Origin: the human T2T-CHM13v2.0 reference genome, Homo sapiens
Length of the DNA stretch: 64,000 nucleotides
Assembly: GCF_009914755.1 (NCBI RefSeq)
Contig: NC_060933.1
Direction: 5' to 3' (one strand)
Part shown: positions 16,115 to 35,572 of the stretch, one piece after another
Layout of the letters: each line of letters starts with the position of its first letter
Position numbering within the stretch: the stretch's first letter is position 1
Program-made: the position numbers and the translations under genes
The notes under the pieces: generated by a model
Database searches by the model: none
Seen by the model: only the letters and a program-made list of their open reading frames with translations
Told to the model about the DNA's origin: nothing

Positions 16115-16403
16115 CTTTTTTTTTTTCTTTTCCAGATAGAGTCTCACTCTGTCACCAGGCTGGAGTACAATGGCACTATCTCTACTCACTGCAACCTCCC
16201 CCTCCTGGTTCAAGCGATTCTCCTGCCTCAGTCTCCTGAGTAGCTGGGACTACAGGCGTGTGCCACCATGCGCAGCTAATTTTTGTATTTTTAGTACAGA
16301 TGAGGTTTCACCATGTTGGCCAAGATGGTCTCGATCTCTTGACCTCGTGATCCACCCACCTCAGCGTCCCAAAGTGTTGGGATTACAGGCATGACCCACC
16401 AAG
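16115..16403 (-). mobile_element. Alu
   Basis: Antisense dimer with a T-rich tail. Confidence 0.93.
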
Positions 16404-16613
16404 TGCATCTCTATTCTTATGAGACAATTGTGCCACCATTGATAGTACACCAAACCTCCTCAATTGTTGCATTTACCACCTTGACTCTTCCTGAATTGCA
16501 CAATGATGATAAACAATGGCTGAACTTTTTTCTTTTGAGGACTTTGGAGTGCAACAACTATATTTATTCTACGAGAAAGAAATTCATTCTTTCTCTTGAA
16601 CAAGAGGAGGGAC

Positions 16614-17369
16614 TGTGAACTTCCCTGAAGCAAAAAGGATTTGCCTAAACACTGTGCTAAGAGACTTGACCTAACATTAGCCTGGCTTCCACTTGGAGTA
16701 GTTAACCCCAGGCCCTGCGCTGAGTCTTTGCTCAAGAAAATACAATGCTGCCAAACTACATAATGTATATTGTCGTAACTGATGGTGTCAAATCATTTCC
16801 AGTAATTCTCTACTTACCCCCCGCTTTTTTTTTTTTTTTGAGACGGAGTCTCCCTCTCTCCCCCAGGCTGGAGTGCAGTGGCGTGATCTCAGCTCACTGC
16901 AAGCTCCCCCTCCCAGGTTCACGCCATTCTCCTGCCTCAGCCTCCTGAGTAGCTGGGAGTACAGGAGCCCGCCACCATGTCCAGCCAACTTTTTGTGTGT
17001 TTTTAGTAGAAACGGGGTTTCACCGTGTTAGCCAGGATGGTCTCGATCTCCTGACCTCGTGATCTGCCCGCCTCGGCCTCCCAAAGTGCTGGGACTACAG
17101 GCGTGAGCCACCGCGCCAGACTCTTACCCCCTTTTATAATTTGCATTTTCACGTAGTCCTCAGTCCCTTTTTTAATTCCCCTCTTTTTACTTTTCCATAG
17201 TTTCTTTTTATTTCCCATTTGTTCTATTTTTAAAAACATCAGCCTCCTTTGTCTTACTTGGAGTTGAGCTTAGTTTATACTGAAGTCTCTCCCTCCTGCT
17301 GAAATAGTCTGAGTAAAATAGGTCTCATTGCCTTTAGCAAGTATCCAGCACTGCTGTTTTTCTTTGACA
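16614..17369 (+). mobile_element. 3' LTR of the ERV1 provirus (contains an AluY)
   Basis: Polypurine tract aagaggaggga (16602-16612) precedes TG at 16614. Ends ...gtttttctttgaCA at 17369. Confidence 0.8.
16825..17118 (-). mobile_element. AluY-like inside the LTR
   Basis: Antisense dimer with gcaagctcc and ttcacgccattctcc. TSD cttaccccc on both sides. Confidence 0.95.
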
Positions 17370-18542
17370 ATTTCTAGGGTTGCCTTAGATGAAGTGGGGT
17401 GAAAGGGCATTAGAAGGCACAGGCCAAAAGATCAGAACTCTGGACTCTCAGTCCCAAATTCTACTAGCAGAACTCCTTTTTCATATTCTTCATACACTGG
17501 GGGCTTTGCTGAGAGTTTGCTGGACTGAATATAGGAAGAACAACAGACTTCTGAAGTTAGTCACATCTGTCCTTGATTCAATTATACAAACATGAGGATT
17601 CTCAAAGTTATGATTTTTTTCCTAGAAATACTTTATTTTCAGGAAATATTTATTTAGCGTTGATGACTTGAGTATTAATCTCAAGGCAAGGAAATGAGGG
17701 AAATGACCTCCTGATGTCTTTCCCATGAATCTGTAACTCGGTGGTCAGCTTCTTCCCAAGTTATTTTTCTTGTGGCATCTCAGTGATTTTATTAGTTTCA
17801 CCACAAGTACTCCCAGCAAGGGAAATCAGTGATCCCAAAGGCACCAGGCTGGAGTTTTCCCGCATAAAGATCACTCTTCGAAGCAGCTCCTTCCTAGAAA
17901 TTTGTTATGTTTACCTTTGCCAATCATCTATGATTAGTGTAGTAATTATTCTGTTTTTGCTATCTTTTATTTTTGATACTCACTGAAGGCTTCACTTATC
18001 AACGATTAAGGCATGTGCTTCTGCTTTGATTCAGTGTCTTCTTAGTATGAGCATGGTGGTATAATTCTCTTGAATCAGTGCTGGGATTTATTTGATTATG
18101 AAAATTTATTTTCATTCAGGTATTTTAAATGCACTTTTAATATTAAGTACATTTAATATTACATGTAATATTAACTTGAAGTGTAACTAATATGAACAAA
18201 TTCAAAAGTACATGAAAATAACTTTTAATCCTGTAAGTATGACTATTTAATTTATTTCTTTTCACAATATAAAAAGCACATGCGATATTTTGAAAGACTA
18301 TTAAAGGTGGGGACAAGAGGTTATTTAAATCTATGTTTGGATGCAACTTTTATGGCTTAAACTACAAAGAATTATCCTTTTTATATATTAAATGATTGTA
18401 TAGTTCTTTTAATACTGTTTTTTGATACAAGTGTGAAATTCTTAAAGAAAATGGCAAACATCACTAACAACCATTACAATTCTAATAGCTAACTTTTCTG
18501 AGCCATTACTTGGAACCATGCACTGTTTAAAATGCCTCACTT

Positions 18543-18884
<342 letters not shown>

Positions 18885-19204
18885 TTAATTGTATTATCCC
18901 TACATTACAGATGACAGGTGACAAAAATATGCAGAGAGGGGTTAAACTGCATAACATTACTCAGAGAATGCATTCTTTTTATTCCATAGGTTTTTTGTAT
19001 TACAGTACTACATTCACAGAGGCCTTCCATTGGAAATAACTTATAGGAATTATTGTAGGTCTCTTTGCACTTTCTTCAGCTCTTGGTTTAGGTCTCAAAT
19101 TGTGAGTGATTTCTCTCTTTAGTGAAGTTGTAATGCAATTCATTACCATAGCAGAAAGCACAGAAAATATTACCTATTTATTAACTGGAAATGCACTCAC
19201 ATGT

Positions 19205-21775
<2,571 letters not shown>

Positions 21776-22412
21776 GATTACACATTAATCTTAAATTACA
21801 CATTAATAAGTGTGTAATGAAACATCCCCTTTTTTTATTTGAGTTCATTTCAATAGATATGGAAATAATAGAAAATGCATCTGACATCAAATTCCTGGGA
21901 AGTACAGGTAAAAAAAAAATACCAGATGTTTAAAGGTATTTGAATAAGTAAATGTTGCAGTCTGTACTTTATCAGTTAGCTATGATACAAAAAACAATGC
22001 ATGGCAGTTGCTTGTCAATTTTGTGATTTATTCAGAAACATACATCTCTGCATGCACTTACAGTTTTATACGGCAGTGCAAAATGTCAAAAGCACTGATG
22101 TTGCTCAAAGGAAATGTTAAGGAACTAACTAAGGCTCACTCCAAATTCCTTCACAAACCCGTCCAATCCTGTGAGTGTCGAGGGGCCTTCACATCACAGC
22201 CTGCATCCTGACAGGCCCTGTGAGACCCATCCCGCTTCATGGAACGTGAGTCAGCAGCTCAGAGAAGGACAAGGACATCTACATAACTGGCTCGAAATAT
22301 TCAACTTTTCAAAATTTTATATTTTCATACATATAAATATATATTCTTAAAATGCATTTTTGTTTTTCTATCCGAACAGAAGTGCAATAATTCTTTAAAA
22401 ATATTCCTAAAC

Positions 22413-22750
<338 letters not shown>

Positions 22751-22894
22751 TTACGAACAATGAATTTAATCTTTAGTTTCTTCTGCTTTATACTATATGT
22801 GAATTTGGTCTAGAAAATACAACATAAAAGGAAATAAGTAAAAACCAAACGTTGAGCATTACTAAGGTAAAAATGTTGAATGGAATACTTTATT

Positions 22895-23218
22895 ATGTAT
22901 TTATGTATTTATTTGTTTGTTTATTGAGACATGGTTTTACCCTGTTTCCCAGGCTGGAGTGCAGTGGCATGACCATGGCTCACTACAGTCTTGAACTTTC
23001 ATGCTCAAGCTATCCTCTGACCTTAGCCTCCTGAGTAGCTGGAACTACAGGTGCATGCCACCATGCCTGGCTAATTAATAATAATTTTTTTTTTTTTTGT
23101 AGAAACAGGCTCTCGCTATATAGCCAGGGCTGGTCTCAAACTCCTGGGCTTAAGGGAGCCTCCTATCTTCATCTCCCAAATTACTGGGGTTATAGATGTG
23201 AGTCATCAGGTGTCGCCT
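22895..23218 (-). mobile_element. AluJ-like (old)
   Basis: Diverged antisense dimer with gctcaagc.atcctc. Confidence 0.88.
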
Positions 23219-23700
23219 GAATGATATATTTTAATGATGTACCTAGCACATGAGTTTCAAAGTTTTCACTCTCCAAGAATTTTCATAAGGTCAGTTTAAT
23301 TATTAATAGCATGTTTTACAGTTATAGAATTAATGCATAAATACAGTAAAACAAAATGTGAAACTATAGAATTGTATGAAATAAAAAATAAGAATATTTC
23401 TTCTATCTCTGTACATTTTCCATCTTTACCATGTTCAACATATCTTTATTACTATTATGAAAAATTTAAAGAATATACAAAAGGAAATAAATAGCATAAT
23501 GAATGAATAGTATAATTAACTCATTGACCTAATACCCAGCTTCAGTTTTAGACAGTCCTGATTCCTCTGATCCCACTTCCCTGACATAGATTAATTGAAG
23601 AGCATTTCTGGCATCCTGTCATTTCATCCATGAATATTTGGAGGTATCCACCTCCAAAGGGTAAGGATCCCCTTTTTAAAATAATACATCTAAAAATTAG

Positions 23701-24074
<374 letters not shown>

Positions 24075-24739
24075 AGTCCTACATATTTTTTCACACCATT
24101 TTTCTTTTTTTAAAAGAGCAGAATCCTTGTACGGATATTACGATGGATTGCAGAGTCTCTAAAGCATTCTTCATTCTTATTCTTCCCCTTCCATCTTTTT
24201 TTTCCATGCAATTCGTTAAAGAAACTAGGACAGAGTCCACAGTGTAGATTTTTATGATTGTGTCATCACTGTGGTATCATTTAACACGCTACTCTGACCT
24301 CAGTATTTTCTGTGAAACCCACATGTCAGGGGTGTTGGGCAGATTTGTTTGCTTCTGGGTTTGTGTTTCCAACACTCAGACTCAGGACCTGGTAACAATC
24401 CCCTATAGCAGTTCGTAACTATTTGCTTGATTTTGACTGAACACCAGAGGGCAGTGCAGGTGGACACCAAGAGCATTGCTGTCAACACACAGAGGCCTGT
24501 GGGCACAGGGGTCCTGCACTGCGAGGCCAAAGCTCCCTTCTCTGCTCCTAAGCAATCCCTTTCCCTCCTCTGAAGGACAGCCACGTACTCTAGGTCCTAA
24601 CCTCTGGAGTGCACTAATGACCAAGAGGTGCATGAGCACCAAATGTGAGAGGACAGGAGTCTGGAAACCTAGCACAGGAGTCTTCTCAGAACCTTAGGAC
24701 ATTCCTACTGTTGTGAGGGTAGGAGAAGAATGCCTAGCT

Positions 24740-25255
24740 AAGGAAACAAGTGTTTAGTGTCCAATGTGAGTAACTGCCATGGGGAAGAATAAAGCAGGGA
24801 AGGGCAAGAAGATGCCCAGGGTGGACAAAGAAGCTCTCATTGATAAAGAGACATTAGAACACACATCTGAAGGTGGCGAGATAGTCAGCCTTTCAGATAT
24901 CTGGAGCAAGCTTGTTGCACTAACAGGAAAAAGCAGGTGCAAAGGCCCTGGGACAGGAACGTGCTAGTTGTGTTTGAGGGGGGCAGCAAGCTGTTGTAAC
25001 TGGAACAGAGAGAGAAGGGGGAAGATGGTAGTGAATGAAATCTGAAAAGGAACAGATTATGTACGATTTTTAGGCCATTATAAGGACTTTGGCTTTTACT
25101 CCTGTGAATCAGAAAGCTACGTGACTGGGGTGGGGTAGTGCTTTACTAAGAGGAGTGGCGCTCTCTGATAATTTTTAAAGGCTCACTCTGGTTGCTAAGT
25201 TACAAATACATAGAATGTGTCAGCTGGGAGATCAATGGGGAGGCGATTGCAATCA
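24740..25255 (-). mobile_element. L2 fragment
   Basis: aggtgcaaaggccctgggacaggaacgtgc...taggccattataaggactttggcttttactc...aaaggctcactctggttgct is typical L2 3' region. Confidence 0.7.
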
Positions 25256-25525
25256 TCTGGGGTGGCTGCTACAATCTATGTTAGAAACTTGCATGTTTCA
25301 TGCCTTTTATTTTAGGCAAGTTCATCAGCATTTGCTTTTCAGATACTTAATGAATCCTTCAGTCTATTCAGAGAATAAGGCATGTGTTGAAATGATCAGT
25401 ACACAGTATTAGAAAATGGAAAGTCATGAATATAATAACAGAGACGCCTTTAGGGGCAACGTGAGGTCAAGAGAGGAAGGGACTGCAGCCAGCTTGGCAG
25501 GTGAGCCTGGCATAGGACAGGCCTT

Positions 25526-25597
25526 CCTTGAGATGGTCACAAATACAGTTTTATCAGTTTTCCTTGTGATGGTCACAAATACAGTCTTATCAGTTTT
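25526..25597. repeat. 36-bp tandem duplication (2 copies)
   Basis: ccttg(a/t)gatggtcacaaatacagt(t/c)ttatcagtttt twice. Confidence 0.95.
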
Positions 25598-25867
25598 CAC
25601 AAATAAAACCTTACAAATGTTCACTAATAAAATGCTACAACATATCCTATACCATATGCCAATTTAAGATAGGTTTTACTCCAATGAGTTAGGTTATCTG
25701 TAAATAACACATGGTCAAATCCCATATGTCTGTGTAGCAAATACTTTCTCAGTGTCCTGTTGTTTTTAATCCAGCATGTTCCACCAGCCTGGCCTAGGCT
25801 AGGGCTGGCACCTAGATAGTCATTAGGGTAAGTGTGTGTTTGTTTTGGGGTGTGGATTTCTTTTGGG

Positions 25868-25901
25868 GTGTGTGTGTGTGTGTGTGTGTGTCTGTGTGTG
25901 T
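25868..25901. repeat. (TG)n microsatellite
   Basis: Direct read. Confidence 0.95.
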
Positions 25902-27808
25902 AAGACTCATTGGCTCTACTCCAGGCCCCCTCTATCAAAATTTCTGGAGGTGGGAATCAAGTGTGATACTGATTTGGAAACCACCAATTCAGCTCACAGT
26001 TTTCTAGTCCAGTCTGTAACAGCTGCCTTCATGACAAACTGAATGCTGAAAGCTGTGGAAGGTGCCGGTAAACAAAAATAGAGGTGGAGGGAAAGCCATT
26101 TCAGACAAAGGGGATAGAGCACTAAACAACATAGGAGTCAGACCGGATTGGTTTTGCAGTGACTTCTGATGGTCTTTGTAAGTGTTCCATAACTGGATTT
26201 GCCTGGAATGTGGGGTTCAGGGTCCTTGGAAGAGAGTAGGTAGAAATAAGGTTTTGGAGCGTGTGAAATTAGATTGTGGAGGGCCTCACATGTTGAGCAA
26301 AGGACACTAAAGTTTATTTTCTAGGTAATAGGGAGCCAACCAAAATTTTTAAAATGAATGATGACACCAGAGAACTATGGTTCAAGAACTCCACACGTCT
26401 GACAGTCGTGTGTAATAATAACTGTTGTGTTATGAGTCCAGAGATGAGAAAGCTTTCTGCATTCATTCAGGAGAGAGGGGGTTGGGTGCTTAAATAGGAA
26501 TAGGCCACTGGGATGTGTAGGTTGGAATGAATGTGAGAGACAGAAGACGTGAACAGCAGAAGAGAAAGGACAAGGTCAAACGTGGCACTGGGGTTTTAAA
26601 TACAGGAAATTGGGAGGATGAACCAGCAGACTTAGCAAGATACAGAAGAAAAAAGAGATTTAGGAAAAACGTAGTATGGGTCAGCCAGATTTGGGGATGC
26701 CGATGCCATAACCAACTATAACCAATGGAAGATGATTTAACACAGTTGTAAGTATCTTGAAGCCAATGGTCTGTTTAGATGGGAAACAGTCTTTCATTTT
26801 CAAATTTAAAACTTTATTCTTAAAATGTGTACATTTAATCCAGAATAATCTATGGATATGTATTGAATAAATGCGTTCATTTTTAAATTTATATTTGATT
26901 TGTAGTGTCCCATTTCACTATAGTTTTCTGAAGAAATCTCAGTTCTTTATGCAAACTGTATCATAATAGTCAAGAATTTAAGATTACTTTCGTGTTCAAG
27001 GTCCTATCTCCAATTATCCTCTTGTTTAACGTGATTGCCTTTTGACCTACTTTCCATCTTAACATTAACATTATATTTTTTAATTATCCTGAATCAAATT
27101 TCGATTTAAGAAACTCCAAAAATAACAAAAATTGGAAACAGCCTATAACATTTTAGGAAATCAAGAAATATATTTAATTGTAACACCCACTTTCATATTC
27201 CACAAGAGAAAAATAAAGCAAAGCCTGATCAAGACGTGCCTTTAACACAACTCAATCACCTTTAAGCCTTCATTCTTTACCAGTCTCTCTATTCTCTGTG
27301 CCTATTTTCTACTCTCCCTGAGCAGAAATTTAAGTGTCACATTTTGCCAAGGCCTCCATTACATGAGTAATGAGTGCTTACATATATTGATATCCCCTGA
27401 TTTTCTGTTGGTGAAGTTTCCAGGAACATTCATTCTCTTGGGAGGAGTAGAGACTCAGGTAAAAGTCATGTCTCTTCATCTTCCACCCTTCAGAGATTAC
27501 TGGTGGCCAGAACACCTATGTGGGAGAGTGGGTATGGGAAGTGGGGTGTGTGGATAAAGAAACTCTGTTCGGGAGAGGCTCCCAGGGATCTGTGAGTCAG
27601 AGGAGTCACCTATCTTTAGGGTTGCACAAATCTAGCACCTTCTATGAAAACTGCATTCACCCAGAATGTGAAAAGAAAAAAGGGATGGCTGAGAACTTTT
27701 AAAATTCAGCAACAGACACCTGCCCACAAATCAAAGAACCTCAGAGAACACCAGATGCTACTATCCTGTCATAAATTAGGTAGTTATTTTATTAAAATAA
27801 AAAGATAG

Positions 27809-29430
<1,622 letters not shown>

Positions 29431-30612
29431 ATTTTTTGCATATATGTATATGTCGGTGTATTTTAGTGATGTAAAATGAATGGAATCTATAGCCTTAAAC
29501 ATAATATAAATATATAATGGTTAAGATTTCCCACTCAACAATCCAGGCTTGACAGAAAATCATAAAATGTATTTAAATGTAAATGTTTTTTTCTTTGTTG
29601 ATACTAGTTCTTAGTTTTAACATGCCGAAGAGGGTATATTTGATCAAGGACAAGATTAAATGTTCTGATTGGCTAACTATCAAACCGCTGCCTCCACTTT
29701 TTTTTGCAACTTGAAAATAATATTTAGTTATCATGCTAGCACAGCCATATTAATATATACCCCTTCAAAACTTTAAACATAAAGCTTTAACGGTTTCAGG
29801 AAAAAGAAATATTAATGATGCTGAGATTGGTGGACACGGATTCTGTGTAGTGAGACACTAAAAAGTAATTTTTCAAACAGGAAAGTTAAAGCACTTTAAA
29901 ATCACAAAGCTATTGGTAATTAAAAAAAGAATTAGTATCAATTTCTGAAATACAAGATTAGAGGGACACCTAAAATTCTGAAAGGTCTTACAGAATTTTT
30001 TAAAAAAGTAATTGCAATTTAGATCAAAGTTCCCCACTTTTCATTCCAAGTGTGACACAGGTTTAAATAATAAACAGACAAAAAGTTTAGATAAATTCAT
30101 GAATTATTGAACCAGATGATAAAAAATAGGGAAGCTATTTAGGGCATAGTCTCTAGTGTGTAAGGGTGACATCCTAAATAATAAATTTATGCTATTGTTG
30201 ACAATATTGCTGACAAGGCTAAATGGTCAATGTGCTTGACATATTGCCTGGTTTTTCATGTTCTATTGCATGAGCTGATTCTCTCTCTCTCTTTTATTTA
30301 TATTTTTGAACTCTGCCATTATGTTATCATGGACATTATGCCAACAATTTGATGCATCTATGTATATGCTTTAAATCTCTGGGAATAAATTTACTGAGTG
30401 CTACTTATGTGAACAAACTTCTCTTAAGCACAAATGGAAATCCACAAAGAAAGACAGCCTCTTCTATTTGTTTTATGTGAGGCAACAGATACACTGTAGA
30501 CAAAAAGACCAAGTATAATTAACTCATATTGGTAACTAACAATATCTGCATATTACATATTTTTCTATTATGTTTTCTGAGCAACTTCGTGGCTTCTGAT
30601 TTGGAGGGGTAG

Positions 30613-30965
<353 letters not shown>

Positions 30966-31190
30966 TGAAAGGAACATTACTCCCCACACTGCAACTGAAC
31001 AAATGAGTGATAATGTTAATTTCCTTATTCTTGAGCTTTTCTTGAATAAAAGAGGGTCGTAGGACATGGAACAAAATAGACTAGAAAATAGGGTTGATAA
31101 GGTACTGATTCTGCCAACACTGCTTAATGCTCTCCCCAAGCAATTGTCTTTTAGATATGTTGATTTCCCAGTGTGAATGGTATTTTTTAA

Positions 31191-31816
<626 letters not shown>

Positions 31817-32231
31817 ATCACCTCTTGTAAAGTGCAGTAAAGAAATAGTGGGCAATAGACAGGCAGGGGATAGAGGAAAATGTTTTGGGAGTGGGACAAT
31901 ATGAACTTATTGTCATGACAGGACCAAAAAGGGAAGACGTCTGCCTATCATAATTAATACTAACTCTATCAGTCAACATTTATGTTTTACAATTGTTCTG
32001 TAAAAGAAAAGCCAGCAAACATTACAGATTCTAGTCCCTAATAACTGATCAAGAAAGACACTCTAAGCTTGTGCATCAGCATTCTCTTTTTATCTAAAAG
32101 AAAATATATTAAATACAGGGAGGAATGGCAGGAGTAAAGAGACTTGAAGGAAAAGAAAATATTGACTTTTTAATGATATTTTACAATGCTAAGATCTTTA
32201 GAAACCAACTATTCCATATGTCCTTTAAATA

Positions 32232-32309
32232 TTAGTTTGGTGCAAAGGTAATTACAGTTTTTGTCATAAAAGTAATGGCAAAACTACAATTACTTTTGCA
32301 CCAACCTAA
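32232..32309. mobile_element. MADE1 (Hsmar1-derived MITE)
   Basis: ttagtttggtgcaaaggtaattacagtttttg...caaaactacaattacttttgcaccaacctaa is a ~80-bp palindrome of two Hsmar1 TIRs. Confidence 0.92.
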
Positions 32310-33651
32310 CTGATACATTCATTCCATTTTGGAGGTATTGCAAATATGCTGAATCAATGAATTTCTTCAGTATTTTTCATTGTATTAGTACAAATTTAAC
32401 CTAATAGTATTCTTCTGCATGTTATTTCCCTTTGTGCTTCCTTTAATGCAATGAAGTTGTAGTTACCAAATAGAGTGCCCTAAAAGGGCAAGGCTTGTCT
32501 GTGAATTGAGCCTAGCATAGAATTGGCTCTCAGTGAAGATCTGTTGAACGTTACATGAATGCATCAACGTCATAATCCTTCATGTGCTTGTAAGCAATTA
32601 GTAAAATTTTCTCTGGCCTATTCAGGCCTGTGTTCTTCAAAATTCTTCAAAATATATGGACGTGTTTGCTGTTTCTATTAGGTTTTAACTTCTGGTATCA
32701 GAAACCAGGGCTGTTTTTCTTAATTTGTGTCCTAAAACTACAGTAGGGTTGTATGCATTGTGATAATGCTTAATAAATATATAAAAAGATTAATATCCAT
32801 TCATTTACATTTTCTTAATCAAACCCAATTTCTGGAGGAGTAGCTGTGAAACTCTCAACTGGACGAGCTCTGACTAGTGTTAAGTATAGGATATTGGGAA
32901 AAGGGCTTCTATATGCAACATATATGTGAGGCAAATGAGAAATATTAGCTGGGCTACATTAAATCCCAATGACATGAATAGAAATTTTATTATCCAGGTA
33001 GCAAAAATGAAGTCAAAAAAATAAATAAGAGAATGAAGTAAAGGTATGGGGCAAAACAATTAGCTTTTTCTTTAAGTCAATATTTTAGAAAATAGCTTTT
33101 GAAGGCCCAATCACACAGAAAATTGACACTTTGACTTTTCTTTGCACTGTGTTAGACATAGGTAAAAGGATGTCTCAGCACTGTACCTTCATGTAGAAAA
33201 TGTAATTAATACCAAATTGCATAAAAGTACACTAAAATTTTAATTCTTACATCATTTTAATAAATTTCTTGAGATTTTACTTTATTTAGTGTGTCATTAA
33301 AACACAGGATTTAAGGAAGATATATATAATAAAGGAAAATGGTAAGTTACCATTCTTGTGTAAACACGTTTTGTAAATACTATTTCAACAAAGATTTAAA
33401 AGTTAATTACAAAGGTATAAAGTTATGAAGTATTATATAAACAGGATTCATAATTTTGTTTTAAATGGTCTTTTCATGTATCAAAATACTATCAGTTTAA
33501 AACAACCTTTTATTTTAAGGCAGTAGGCTCTGTTTACCATCATTTACAATTGCTTTAATTAGAATTTTCTTCACTTTCAGTATATTCAAGAGCTATTCTG
33601 TTGGCCATAATTTTTAAGATAAAGTTTATCCAAATAGAAAAGTAATTATAT

Positions 33652-33885
33652 AATGATTAAGTGCCAGAATGTGTGGGTTCAAATTCCAGTTCTGCTACTT
33701 ATCAGGTATAAGAATTTGGGCAAATTTCTTAGTTTCTCTGTGCTTCAGTTTCCTGATCTGTAAAACTGGGATAACAAGACTACCTGCCTCAATCTGCGGT
33801 TATGAGTAAATGAGTTAATACATAAGAGCAATGCAATAATCCTTGGCATGTGGTATGCGTTCAATAAACATTAGCTATTATTATT
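33652..33885 (+). mobile_element. MIR
   Basis: gggttcaaattccagttctgctactt...ttgggcaaatttctt...tcagtttcctgatctgtaaaa is the MIR core. Confidence 0.85.
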
Positions 33886-34186
33886 ATAGTAAATTAGAAA
33901 TTTAATTCTAGAGAATAAAAAGCTGAACTCAAATATGTAACTATTTATTCGATACAGGCACATTTTCCACAAAATAAAAAACCGTCAGTTTGCACTTGCC
34001 TTATATAATGACTATTCTGGTGTTTGTGTGTATCTCTTGTGGGTCGGGGGTCTTGGGCTGAGTAAATAATCACATTAAAAATTTTAAAGACTTCCGATTA
34101 AAACAGAAATAAGAACAAATGGCCATTCGTGGATCATTTGCAAAGCTGAACGAATACTTGACATGTCTTTCTGTGATTCCTTGCAG

Positions 34187-34290
34187 ATATCATGGAAATC
34201 AGGACAGTGGCAGTTCGGATTGTGGCAATCAAAGGGGTGGAAAGTGAATTCTATCTTGCAATGAACGAGGAAGGAAAACTCTATGCAAAG
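34187..34290 (+). pseudogene. FGF7: FGF7-derived second coding exon (104 nt)
   Basis: ttgcag|ATATCATGGAA...GCAAAG|gtattg; encodes [34 protein letters not shown]. 104 nt is the canonical FGF middle exon size. Confidence 0.95.
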
Positions 34291-35377
34291 GTATTGATAA
34301 TTGATAGCTTAGGCTTAATTTTTAAAACTCATTTTTGTTGAAATATCTCACCATTCTGAAAAGTAAACATGGACTTAATCTATCTCCAACTGTATAATTT
34401 AATGATTTTATTAAAACACTTTATACTCAAATGTTAAGAAAAAATGTTTTCTGTGTGACTTTGGACAAATGGCTTGTTCTTTGGATTCTGGTTTCTTCAT
34501 CTGTAAAATGAGTTGAATTAGCTGACCTCTAAGGAGCCTTCCAGCTCTAACATTCCATGTGCATTTTAGATATTTAAAATCCAAAATTTCCATTTGCCAG
34601 TATTAAAGCTCTTTTTGCTAAAGTTCACCCAATTTGCACATTGCTGACATGAAAATTCTTGGGAAAAAATCTTGAAATGTTTAGTTCATTCATCAACATC
34701 AATCTCACAATCATGGGCTTTGAACTGTAATTATTCACATTGTTCCCACTTCACTACAATGCAAAATATGTAACAGTTCATCCCACTGTAATAAAATATA
34801 ATTGGCTTTCCTTTGTATTCCCACAGCTCAGCATAATGCCTGGAACAGGCTAATTATATAATGATACAGGTTTAATTGAATGAACAAATGGTTGCATGGA
34901 TGAACAAACAAATTAACCTTTTATCTTCCATTACCACTGAAGACAGTGTACAAGTAAATAAAGAAAAGTTGTGAAACAAGTCTCTCACCTGAGGGAGGCA
35001 GAGGTTCTGCTAATTCTACCAAATTTCCAGTGGTTAAAGAATGAGTGATGTGGGAAGAGTAATTTGAGGCCTGTTACTTAGGGGGAAATAGGTCCTAATT
35101 TTAAAGAATAGTTGACATGAACTTCCAAAAAGCTACACATATTTCACACTAGCTGTGCATTATGTGGTGTCTTTATTTCAAATTTAAGATACCTTTTTAT
35201 GCAAATATACTACATAAGTCTAGCTAATAAACCACATTAGGCCTGCTCAATCTGAGGGTTAAAAAAAGTTGTGTATGTTTCAATTCTACCAAATATTGCT
35301 GCTTACTCTTCGTTTAATTGAGCCTCTCTAAAAATCATTTGGATAATGTTTGTGTGTTTGTTTGTTTGTTTGAACAG

Positions 35378-35572
35378 AAAGAATGCAATGAAGATTGTAA
35401 CTTCAAAGAACTAATTCTGGAAAACCATTACAACACATATGCAGCAGCTAAATGGACACACAATGGAGGGGAAATGTTTGTTGCCTTAAATCAAAAGGGG
35501 ATTCCTGTAAGAGGAAAAAAAACGAAGAAAGAACAAAAAACAGCCCACTTTCTTCCTATGGCAATAACTTAA
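35378..35572 (+). pseudogene. FGF7: FGF7-derived last coding exon (coding part)
   Basis: gaacag|AAAGAATGC...ATAACTTAA; encodes [64 protein letters not shown]. Confidence 0.96.

Noticed and set aside
17760-18080. Possible minus-strand exon pair (18080-17984, 90-nt intron, exon from 17893)
   Set aside because: The donor GTGAGT is good, but the acceptors have weak pyrimidine tracts, the upstream exon has stops in all frames, and the peptide is unrecognised.
25526-25597. CRISPR-like 36-bp repeats
   Set aside because: Only two abutting copies, with no spacers, no cas genes and a eukaryotic context.
35318-35377. N-terminal 20 aa of the 84-aa FGF-like ORF
   Set aside because: Intronic (polypyrimidine/GTTT tract) with a TTG start; the real exon begins at 35378.
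34187-35572. The authentic FGF7 gene
   Set aside because: Amino-acid differences from recalled FGF7, no first coding exon seen, and adjacency to telomere/TAR1/ANKRD-type duplicons indicate a duplicate. FGF7's long upstream intron means exon absence alone is not proof.
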